DNA of 64,000 bases from Tubulanus polymorphus (lineage: Eukaryota > Animalia > Nemertea). Below, one piece after another: positions 1 through 10,641 of the stretch (positions are counted from its first letter, which is position 1; each line of letters begins with the position of its first letter). The notes beneath the pieces are model-generated. The model searched no databases. It saw only the letters and a list, made by a program, of their open reading frames with translations, and was not told the origin of the DNA. The stretch lies in the NCBI RefSeq assembly GCF_964204645.1, contig NC_134032.1:7180275-7244274 (forward strand), given 5' to 3'. Position numbers and translations under genes: made by a program.

Positions 1-2886
1 AAAAAATGTGTTGAGATGTCTGAGGATGAATTGTCATATCCTTTCCAGAAAAAGATAGGACCTCTATCTATTTGCAAGGGGTGCGTATTTGCATTCAAAT
101 ACAACCGAGTAAAAGCCCCTGACTGTAAAAAGGGTACTGCCCCTTTCTTCAGAGGTGGTGCGAAATGTAGGAGAAAACCATGTGAAAGACATGTTACGTT
201 TCTGATTCATGACACTCCACCGAAAAAAGTTGATGGGAAGATAATTGTGTCGATGGAAATAAAAGGTACAAAAAAATCATCCAACGGAATCAGCTAGAAA
301 TCTTTTAAATGGCTCGGACAGGATCAATATGGTGAATTAAGTGAAAGCAGATGGGGTCATGAATACTTACTATGTATGACAATCTGGAAAAGCCATCTGT
401 TCTCGAAGCAGGAAATCTGACTGCAGTTCCCACTCCTGACGTTATACGAAAAGCAGTGTTAGAAGCCCTGCAAAAAGAGGTGCGTCCAGGCACTCATTCT
501 TTTGAAGGAAGCATACCGCAATGATGATGAGAATCCTACTGGTCGCTACCCAGGATATATCCAGTACGTGGCTGTTGAACCATTTACTATATTTCTGTTC
601 AGGCAACCTCAACTGCACTTATTACATGGGCGACTGGACTTGTATCTTGACGCAACAGGTACACTTATCAAGTCTTTTCCAAAACAAACGAGACCATATC
701 TGTATAGTATTGTGGTGAGGCCTGATACAGAACTTCCACCTATTTCAGTAGCAGACATGGTGACAACTGACCACACGCAACCATCTAAAATACACTTCCT
801 GGAATTTTGAAACGAGCTGTTAACGATTCGTCAAAGAGGTTCCAGCCAAGGAAAGTGGAGGTAGATTGGGGCTGGCCACTCATTAACAGCAGTATGAACG
901 CATTTAATAGTTAAAGGTTTTAACACTAATAGCATGTGATATAGTACATCAGAAAATCGTCGGTGAACGTTTAAATCAATTTACCGTTGTACATATTTGT
1001 GTAGCGCACATGACCAAAATTTTCAGCCAGTATGTTCGAAAAGTTGCCGGAAGTTGTTAGAATTCATTATTAAGTCATTCACAGTGCTGTCTAATAAAAC
1101 TTCATTGAGCGATGCAAATAAAAACCTTAACTTCGCTTATGATAGTGCTCCTTAGTTCAGAATATGACGATGACGTGCGAGGTGCTGAGAAATACATAGC
1201 TGACAGTTACTCTTCATATCCAGAAATGGAACATGTAAAACTGGAATTCGATGATATCAATCAAGCAGAAAGTACTGAAGATACACCCACGTACACGGAC
1301 GAAGATACCTTAACTATTGCTGGAGTTAAAGGAGTTGAGATAACTGAAGAAAAATGGTCCAGGTAGAAGAAACCCAAGAAGAACCTATATCAACCCGACA
1401 AGACTCCGAAAAAGATGAAAACCAAACGACCACAAAAAGCTACTGATGTGAGAAAAAAAGAATGAAAAAAAAATGAAGAGAGGAGTATGCCTGACGAAAA
1501 CGAAAAGTAACAAAGAGAAATCTAATAAGGCTACTTTCACGGACAAGGCAAGAACGCTAAAGATGAGAAAGAGCCTGCGCATCAGAAAGAAACAAACAAA
1601 TCTGACCCGAAGTACCGATATGGCCCCGTTGGGGTGGGGAATCAAGTTCGGGGCATTATCTCAGCAATACATGAACTGTGAGAAATTTCTTGGCAATAAT
1701 GCATGTTACATCATCCGAGAATCCAGGCCGGTAAGAAAGTGTCACTTTTAAACATGCAACCATGGAGACCTTGTCAACTGCTTTAAATATCATGGCTAAC
1801 AAGCACTTCTCTGATGCTAAAGTGCTCTTGATCAGCCTGGTTGAATCGGAAATGGTGCAGAAAGCAGATATCGATACGTTCGGAGATGAATACTCCATGT
1901 TTGTTAGAAAGTTACAGGAAATGTTTCGATACGCTCGATATGAGAATTGCTACAACAGACACTGGTCACATCAGCGAGTTATGAGGTGTATGGTTGGATT
2001 CTTTCCCACGTAAGTCTATATATAGTTTATGCTTCACCTTTTACCTAAGGATGTTCATAGTTGTAACAACATAATTTAAGTGAAGATATCACAAAAAAAT
2101 GTGTATGATCCCAGAATATCCCCTTATGTAAGTGCTATTGTACAAATTGAACTTTCAAATCTCATATTGTTATCACAGAATGAGTAGTACATGTATTTAT
2201 GAATATATATGTTTCTGATATCCATGGCATGAAGCCCATATTATCTCGTTTTAACCTTCAACTAATTATTCCCTTTCTGTCTACATTCTGAAAAAAAGAA
2301 TTACCGTGCAGGAGATGTTGACTTCATGGTTCGCACCAAAAAGGTACCAGTGTGAAAAGCTGTTGCAAGAACAGAGCTCGCCAAACATTACGCAAAAGTA
2401 CGTTACGATTATTCTTACACCAAAGTTCACAACTCCAACATTTCAAAAATCATAACTTATCATAATTTACTTGTATTCTATTATAGGTGTACTGGTAGTC
2501 GGCTCTCAGTGAATAGAGTGATCGGGCATATGCCACCACTACTTCTTTTAACCGTTTCGGATTATGTGAATGCCGGTTACCACCCGAACGACGGTAAATT
2601 ATTTTCAACACGTTTGATACACGAGAACACGCAATACGAACTCATTGGTATAACTCTTCACCGACATGGACACTTTGTGGCATGTGTTAACTCTAAAAAA
2701 CATGGTTGGCTATTTTACGACGGTCTACGAGGGAAATTAAAGCCATTCAAACGCGAGAATGTGGCACGATGTGTTCCAGGAATCCTAATCTATTTGCTGA
2801 AACGGCCAATGAGTTCTGTTTTAAGTAATTTGGCAGAGGTAGATCATTGTGGGTATATCTCATTTCACGGGTCCGTCAAGGGCTGA
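1..2886 (+). pseudogene. Fragmented MULE-NOF-like (FB-NOF type) transposase with a C-terminal papain-fold/USP-like protease domain; 5' part runs off the window
   Basis: Same-strand fragments carry NOF-type motifs in order: LYLDATG...YLYSIVV...PPISVADMVTTDHT (502-810), KVEVDWGWPLINS (~852-890) and VVHICVAHMTK CxxH (~985-1020). ORF 2509-2886 has a His-box-like YELIGITLHRHGHFVACV...GWLFYDGL. Many stops and frameshifts; the third catalytic Glu is not seen. Confidence 0.65.
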
Positions 2887-3062
2887 CTGTGGTGTTGGTA
2901 TTACAGATAGAGATTCGCCGCTCTCATGGGCAGGAGGAGATTTAAGGCGATCGTTGTGGGTGTATCACATTTTACGGGTCCGTTAAGGGCTGACTGTGGT
3001 GTTGATATTACAGATAGAGATTTGCAGGTCTCATGGGCAGGAGGAGATTTAACGCAATCGTT
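2849..3062. repeat. Tandem duplication, 2 x 107 bp
   Basis: Units start gtgggtatatctcatttcacgggtccg (2849) and gtgggtgtatcacattttacgggtccg (2956); both end ...atcgtt. Confidence 0.9.
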
Positions 3063-3145
3063 AAAACTTTAATTTCAGATTCAAAAAATCTGTGGTGCTG
3101 ATGTGTACTTGAGAGATTAACAATATGACTTTAATTTCAGATTTA

Positions 3146-4200
3146 AACAAGAAAGAAATTCTAAAAATGGGCTTGCTGACATGGTTGTACTGAAAGCTTG
3201 CTTGGTGGTTTTGTATTTCTGTAGTAGAATTAATCGAACTTTGAACTGATTGCTTATAGAGCTAAGAGATCGGTGTTGTCTTACATCGTAAATGAAATGT
3301 TACACACGGGGACTTGGAATCGGAATGGTTTTATTGTAGACGTGGACCAAGTTAGTGCAAGCTCTTGGATAGTTGTTATTTGAATATTGCAGTGTCTTAA
3401 CGGAATCTATCATCATGTTGATAATTGCTAGATAACGTATCGGATTTGTTGAAATGATTTTGCATAGAAAAATTTACAGCTGAAAGAAAAACCGTGACTA
3501 ACTCGAGTGACTTCAAGTGAAGAGAAGCCGCACACAAAAATAGATAGGAGCCACGATTTTTCTCTTTAAAATAATAAAGACATTTAGCAAGAGTAAGTTG
3601 CATCTCCTTCAAATGACAATCCACAACGATCATCCGATAAAGTTTACTCCAGAAGTTTATTTCCACCATAGACTACCGGTGGCTCTTTGAAGAGACAGGA
3701 AACCAGTCTTCAATTCAATTCAGAATTTATTTTACAGAAAAGCGGGTTTTAAGGTTTAGATAACATTTAAAATGAAAAATATTAATGTTCATACAGAGAT
3801 TTTCCAAATGGCCGCTAACGAAAGCACCCAATGAAAGTAAAAGAAAATTAAAAGAATTTTTTAAAAACGTGAAAGTAAATGTTTTATTGTGTCAATCAAG
3901 AATGAATTGGATTGTCGGCAGCACTATGCCGCGCATGAATACCAATTTCAAGACTGATCACGCACGCTCAACCGAGGTTGGTATGCGCTGCTGAAATAAC
4001 AAAAACGATTAAACAAAATCATAAAACAATCAAAACGACAACCGATGTAGCCAATATACGAAAGGAACCTAGATTCTATTACTGCATTAAATGTGTGTAA
4101 ATATCAGAGCCCAAGAAAGTTTCTAATGAAAGTTATCGACTTCCCAAGCAAGTTATCAATCCGTGTCAGCAATATGGGCTTGCAAACATGCAAGCCCATG
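3146..4200 (+). mobile_element. Non-autonomous Helentron/DINE-1-like element (HINE)
   Basis: Subterminal inverted repeats ttgctgacatgg (3173-3184) / ccgtgtcagcaa (4161-4172). 3' stem-loop atgggcttgc-aaacat-gcaagcccat (4174-4199), followed by an A-run. An internal segment (~3518-3800) recurs with a deletion at ~21275-21395. Confidence 0.65.
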
Positions 4201-5519
4201 AAAAATCCGTGGTGCTGATGTGTACTTGAGAGATTAACAATATGACTTCATTTTCAGATTTAAAACATCATTACATATACAAACGCACGTGATATAAATT
4301 TCAATGGGGGCCGGATTCAAACAAAAATGACCCAGTTACGGTTAGTAAAAAATCCCCACCACCTGAATAACACTTGAAAGTCGACGAATAACCGATTTTA
4401 ATCAACAAAAAGCTGATTCAATTAGTAAGTAACCAAATAGACGCAAACTATAAACTTGTCAGTAATTTCTTAATTCATTAACCACTAAATTAACCTTACG
4501 TAAGGCGCTATTCTCCCAGCTAGACTTAATACATTGTTTTCGCACCATCATCCCATCAATATATTTTCTTTATAAAAGTTTTCGAGGGAGGTTAAACTGA
4601 ATTCAGCGACTTGGTAATTCGGCGAAGTTCACACACTGGCCTGAATAGAATTAAAGTCTATGAATTGAAAGATTATCTATGCATCCAATGAATTTTAAAT
4701 TTCAAATTTGTATAAAACGATAACTTTGGACAAAAACTATTTTTTGTTTCTAAAATATGAACTATTGGACTTTTACCAACCGTTACCAGGTAAGTATATA
4801 ATGTTAACGTCTCATTTTTAGAGATTACCGTCGCTGTCATCGTTTGTATGTGTAACTGGGGTAGCTCTTTTGCGCTGTTTTTCATTACACAGTCAATGGA
4901 GTTGATACCCTGGGGAAAACCAAACCAACCAAGATCTACACATAAAGCTAGTTGTAGTTAAGTAGGGCGTACGGAACCTGTGATCAGACGACGAAATTGA
5001 ACATCAAAAAATTAATGAATGTGTTCACAGAGGAAGTAGATAAAATATGGGCGAGAGAGGCAATCAGGAACAGAACCAGAATCATAGAATACATCAACAA
5101 TCACATCTCAAACCGAGAACCGGCACAGCAGCGGGGCTGGAAGCCTACACACGGGATACCAGTTGTAGAAACTTCAGGGAACCACAAGACATGGGAATGT
5201 CCTCTATCCCCAGCGGAAAGAGGCAAGAGGGTTAGTGAAGAACAAAAAATGTTTCAATTGCTTAGAGACTAACCATCGTAAAACAGATTGTCGTAATACG
5301 AAAACATGTTGAGAGTGCAAACGAAGACATCATAACAGTCTGCACGAATACTTTCGTTCATTGGATAATAACTGAGGAGACAATCAGAATCAGAATCGCT
5401 ATCAAACAAAACAGCAAATGTAAACCATGTCTGAAAGGAACGTGCCAGTTGTGCTATAAGGCAATAGTGGACAGTTTGAATCGTCATGACCAGCACAGTT
5501 TCAACAGGCACAGATGATT

Positions 5520-5929
5520 ACTGATCTAATTCTCTAATTAAATCAGTAATCTTTTCTACATTATAGCTTTTTTATTTATTGTTGTTTCATAATCAAATGT
5601 TGTTCCATCAAAAAATGCAATATTTTCAATATGTGTTATTACATCATTAATATCAAATTTCATTTCTTTCTCACGTTTAAAATCAAATCCAAAACATATA
5701 TTCGCTCCTACTGTTATATTCATATTTATCTAACAAAAACTTACTCTTTACATCTTATAACTAATTCATAAATAACAGGAAAGTTATTTAAATCAATTAA
5801 GTATCCATTATGATTTCTTACTTCTAATTTAAAATTACTAAATAGTGAAATACAAGGTTTAAAATCACTTTCGGCTAAATTATAATTCATTTGTGTTCCA
5901 AATTGTTTAACATTGTTTAACATCCTCAC
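5520..5929 (-). pseudogene. Polinton/Maverick (adintovirus-like) relic: C-terminus of a penton/minor-capsid-like protein, followed by a small AT-rich ORF
   Basis: ORF 5741-5929 ends FKPCISLFSNFKLEVRNHNGYLIDLNNFPVIYELVIR, which fits the (I/L)x(I/V)xxxNGxLIDxN...xxLxI C-terminal pattern of Polinton-type minor capsids. A tightly packed ATG at 5723 starts MNITVGANICFGFDFKREKEMKFDIND... Very AT-rich and intronless. Confidence 0.45.
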
Positions 5930-5953
5930 AAGACATATACAAGAGCAAAAATT

Positions 5954-7600
5954 ATGAAATGTCCAGTATGTATGGAAGCTGCAACCAACACTTCAGTTAG
6001 CATCAAGGATGATCCACAAGACATTATTTTACAGGCACCGCAGAATGGTTGGACCGAAGATATTTTAGTTTCAAAGACATTTACTTTTTTAAATATACGT
6101 GACCATGCCGTGAAATCAGGAAAAAGACTTAAGGGTGAACAATACATAGAAAAGCCACAAGACAAGGGTTACAAGTTTTTTTATGAAAACTATGTTCATA
6201 ATGTGGCCAATGTTATGAAAGAAGACACTGATTTGCTATTCGTTGGAGGTAAATGTTTTCGTTCCCAACGCAACAATGAAACCCCACATAATGTCTTGGT
6301 AGCTCTTTTCGGTGATGTAGTTCAAGTTGATCATTGTAGTTGTGCAGCTGGAAGTGGTGGTTACTGCAACCACATTATTGCTTTACTCTATTTGCTGGAC
6401 CATTGTAACAAAATGAAAATAGTCAAGTACCCAGAAATCGGTACATGTACTGACAACCCGCAAGAATGGCACCGGCCAAGAACCGCTGGAATATACCCAG
6501 AACCAATTATGAGTTATTCAGTTATCAGGCCTGAATATGGCTCCAAAAAGACTGGTATAAAATCAACACTGTATGATGCCAGGGCTGACTATTTGAAACA
6601 CTCGCAGTTCAATGATACTTTAGACTTATTTAAAAATTTAAAGATAATAAATCCGTCTTTAGGCTTTTGTCAGATGTTCAATGAACATAGAGATATGATT
6701 GACACGAAAATAGGTGTTCAAACCCCGGTCGGTAAACCCCGGTCGGTAGAGTTCTAAGTTATAAACTTAGTATTTCTGGAGGAGATTTTGAGGTTGTCAG
6801 TGATTTTTCTTCATACTCCTCAGATTCATCAGTTATTTTTGATCATTTTCCTACAATGCCTATAAGAATTCCACCCAGATTTAAATTTCCAAGGCAGCCA
6901 ACATTTTTGGAACAAGAATTCATCAATAATCTAATTGTAAATGCCCAACAATCTGTTGAACTCGAGGAACTCACTCGAAAACAGAGATTTAGTTGTGATT
7001 GGTATTCAGCTCGTAAATATCGATTGACTGCTAGAACATTTGGTACAATATTAAAACGGAAAGCAAAGGTTACAGCCAAATTTGCAGAATCACTGACATC
7101 AACTGATATTTCACATGTACCTGCTGTACGACACAGAATTGATAATGAGGACAAAGCCATATTGAAATACATTGAGTACCTAGGAAATTGTGGAAAGCTG
7201 GTATATGTTTTTCCCTGTGGTATGATAGTGAATCCCGCATTTCCCTGGCTAGGTGCTTCTCCTGATTCTTAAGTAATTGCTGATGGTGCTGGATATGGGT
7301 TACTTGAGGTCAAGTGCCCATATGTCTTTAAAGATATATCCCCTCGAGAGGCTTGTGCGGACAGTTCATTCTGCTCAGAGCTAGTCAACGGGAAGCCACA
7401 ACTTAAAAAAATCATTATTTTTATTATCAAATTCAGGGTCTGTTAGGAATTAGTGGGTTGGAGTGGGGTGATTTCGTTATTTTCACAAACAAAGGGCTTC
7501 TGATAGAACGCATAAAATTTGAATCTGAATTCTGGAATGAAATGCTACATAAACTGACAGAATTCTTCCTCATACATTTCATTCCGAACAACCTGGTGAA
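5954..7600 (+). pseudogene. SWIM zinc finger + YqaJ (lambda-exonuclease-like PD-(D/E)xK) accessory gene of ISL2EU
   Basis: SWIM motif HCSCAAGSGGYCNHIIALL, then CTDNPQEWHRP. YqaJ motifs TRKQRFSCDWYSARKYRLTARTFG, PWLGASPDS*VIADGAGYGLLEVKCPY, YYQIQG and WGDFVIFT. Disrupted by a 14-bp tandem duplication (6720-6747), a TAA at 7270 and a frameshift near 7410. Confidence 0.9.
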
Positions 7601-7646
7601 CTCAATGGAACTCGGAGATGAAGTTCTCTCAAAACGGATTCAACCA

Positions 7647-9995
7647 TTATCCACTTATCTTTATTTTATTGATAAGCCTCTCCACATGGATACGTTCTGC
7701 TGCAATGGCTTGAGTCTCCCGAACATCAGACACTGACATTTGTGCATTTTGACCCAAGAATGGAGGAATATTCAAACGCATACCTGTAGGGTCGAGAAGA
7801 TCCTGGATGTCAAACCCTTTGTCTGCCATTATTACATCTCCCTGCTCGAAAGGTAACTTCAACAAACCGCTTCTAATAGTTAATTGCGGTCAGAAATACT
7901 GTCAGTGTAAAGTTGCGAACAGAAATTCACACAACCAGATGGACTGATGCCAATCAAGCCTTTGAGTGTGTTTGAACTCTTATAATTTGAATATGATTGT
8001 GATTTAAGGACTAATGATGATGGCATTTCCAATTTTATTTTATGTAGCATCAATAACTGTTCTAGTTTGGGGGTACTTCCGGGCATGAATTCTTGGGGGT
8101 ACTTCCGAATTTGAAACTTCCGGGCATGAATTTCTGGATTGATTCTCTGGATGCCCAAATATTCAAAACACCCAACCTTATATACACAAAATTCGCCCAA
8201 GATATGATAATGTCACTTACAGTTGAAACAGAAATATTGAATCGATTTGCCAAATCAACCTCAAGTAAACCCAGACGTACACAAAACAAGAAAAGGAAGA
8301 ACTCATTTCTTGGAGTTAATTTTCTTGGACGACCAAGCTTGCATTGACTGACTGTTGCATATGATTGCAGTAAATTATGTTTTCACCTCTCTGACCAGGG
8401 TTCAGGTACTCTAGCACATTTTCAAAAACAAGAATTGACGGAAAACCGGTGTAAAATGTAATTTCAGATGGCTTAATGTTTTCAATACAGAACAACTTGC
8501 TGGATAATTCTTTAGTTAGTGCAACATTCTCAGATTGCAGCTTTTCATTTATGAATCTAATATTTTCGAGTTCATTCTTCAGTTTATCAATTTCATTCTC
8601 ACTGGAATTATCATTCTCTTTATCTAAGTCTGAACACAATTCTGAATTAGACGCATAGGTACTGCAGTCACTGTTTAACTGGTGATCCTCCAAGATTTTA
8701 GATTCAGCACAAACTCCAGGTCGCTCCATGAGTTGAAGCTTATTTTTAGCACGTTGAACTGAAATGCCAGTAAAAATGTTTTTCAAGCCATTCCAGCAGG
8801 CAAACACTGATGGAACGGCCCCAGTGTGTAAAAACCTGCGACCCGCGAACAGACTATACTCAAAGTCATCTTCTTTGAAGTGCAACGAACATATGCATGA
8901 ATGATTCTTGACAATAAAGTGTTTGCCTACATCCCGCCTAATTTTTACTATCCACTCCTTGCGTAACTTTTCATCTTTAGGAAACTTGTGAAATGTGACC
9001 TTCCCACATCCGGGTTCATGACGGTAGCCTCTCTTAACACAATGTGGGACTACGCAGTGTCTTTTGGATTTACTCTGAAAATAAATATAATCCGACTTTT
9101 ATGCCAAGCTATAGAAATAAATGTACCGACTTTCTGTATTTTAAACCTAGAATAAGGCCTACTGGCTTGGTAATATGATATAATTAGATATGATGGTATT
9201 TTCTACTGAATGTGCTAAGACTTACCGAGGTTAGGGTTTCTTCAAAGCTACTACCATAGGTTAGACCTAAATCTTGGCTTGGTGTCCTGGTTACCGTTTG
9301 CTGGGGTTGTGGCGTGATAAACTAAAAATATAATCAGGTCTAATGAAAAATCAGGAAACCAAAAGTATTTGGACGAAAATCAAGGAAAATTAATATTAGG
9401 AACTACGTTCAAATCAATACAAAATCAAATAGGTTTGAAAACGGATAAGGCGCCACCGCTGATTTGTTCTTGAAAAGACTAGCATTCTGTTAATAAAATC
9501 TAAGGAAATACTTACAGGATGAGAAAGTTTAGCATTCGGAGTTTCCAGTACTTTGATTGTCTTCCCATTTGAGTTTGAAGTGGCATCATGTGAAGTGAAG
9601 AACGGTAATGATGATGATGTTGGGCCTACTACATGATGATGAAGGACAGGCTTCAACGGCTCAGAGTTCAGCGACAATTCTGGTCGTTTCGAAGAGTCAG
9701 ACTCCTAAAGTAAAATTGGAAATCATAATTTGGAACAAATTATAACCCTGCTGTAATAGACGAAATCATTTCCCTATTAGTGGCAAGGAAAACACATCAT
9801 AGGCCTTTTTGTCAATGCACCAACCAGCTGTTGTTTGCGTTTAACACAGACTTGTGAGACTACGAACGCACAACATCAATCGAACATCACGCATAATCAA
9901 CTATCCATTCAAATATCTATTCAACTCGAAACTGTCATTTTTTTCAAGGTTAATAGAACCACAAATTTCATAGAAATATAAAAACGACTTACCAT
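7647..9995 (-). pseudogene. THAP + HTH + DDE_Tnp_4 transposase of ISL2EU; spliced (exons 9995-9993, 9704-9516, 9321-9226, 9074-~7647)
   Basis: THAP motif HCVVPHC...TFHKFPKDEKLRKEWIVKIRR...ICSLHFKEDDF...AVPSVF. HTH motif RLGLLEVDLANRFNISVSTVS. DDE motifs SYSNYKSSNTLKGLIGISPSG, VIMADKGF and RIHVERLINKIK. Three GT-AG phase-0 introns join in frame; frameshifts occur downstream. Confidence 0.88.
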
Positions 9996-10512
9996 TGTTC
10001 GCATAAGAAAGAAGTTTACGGGACCATTCATCGAAGCGACAATAGCCGATTTGCTATAGGCTAAATTCTATACCGCTGAGTATGCCCTTCCTTTACGTCA
10101 TACTTTCAACAGAAGCCGACTGAGGGCGCTCATTTCCGGATACACGTATAATACGTATACGTAGGCAGAGGGTCGGTTGGTCGGCCGTTTTTATCAAAAA
10201 TAAAATTCATTTCAATGAATCCCAGAAAAAAAGTTTTCACCCGGTACCTTTGAAGTCGGGTCAGTCGGGTTACGGCAAACAGACCATTTATATGGGATGG
10301 CCTAAAATCCATTATGATGTCACATATCAGAGGGTGGCTGAATATTGGTTCATGGAAACCTCTTCCGATGTTGGCCGCGGAAGTTAAAATACCGGTACAG
10401 AAGAAATCGGTTATTAGAATGTTTTAAATCCTGGAATTTACGACTACAATATTCAGATCTCGACCTATACTTTTAGTTTGCAGCTTAATATTCCAGGTCC
10501 ATGTATAATTCA

Positions 10513-10641
10513 GGGGCCGGTTGCTCAAAAGTTGGTTAAAGATAACCAGCTGATAAATACCATAGTAACAATGAACTTTTAATTGTCACTATGTCAACTA
10601 TCCACTGGTTAACTCTAACCAACTTTTGAGCAACTGGCCCC
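10513..10641. mobile_element. 129-bp PIF/Harbinger-like MITE
   Basis: TIRs ggggccggttgctcaaaagttggtta / taaccaacttttgagcaactggcccc, flanked by CA and TG. Degenerate relatives at ~52518-52840 and in the mirror position ~61735-62060. Confidence 0.8.

Larger units (their letters stand above)
5930..10150. mobile_element. ISL2EU-type (PIF/Harbinger-related) DNA transposon, decayed; left end apparently lost
   Basis: Convergent SWIM-YqaJ gene (+) and THAP-HTH-DDE_Tnp_4 gene (-), the characteristic ISL2EU gene pair. No matching TIR pair found, so boundaries are approximate. Confidence 0.8.

Noticed and set aside
4786-4797. Minus-strand ATACTTACCTGG, identical to the 5' end of U1 snRNA
   Set aside because: The match stops after 12 nt. 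On the plus strand it is simply a consensus splice donor, CAG|GTAAGTAT.
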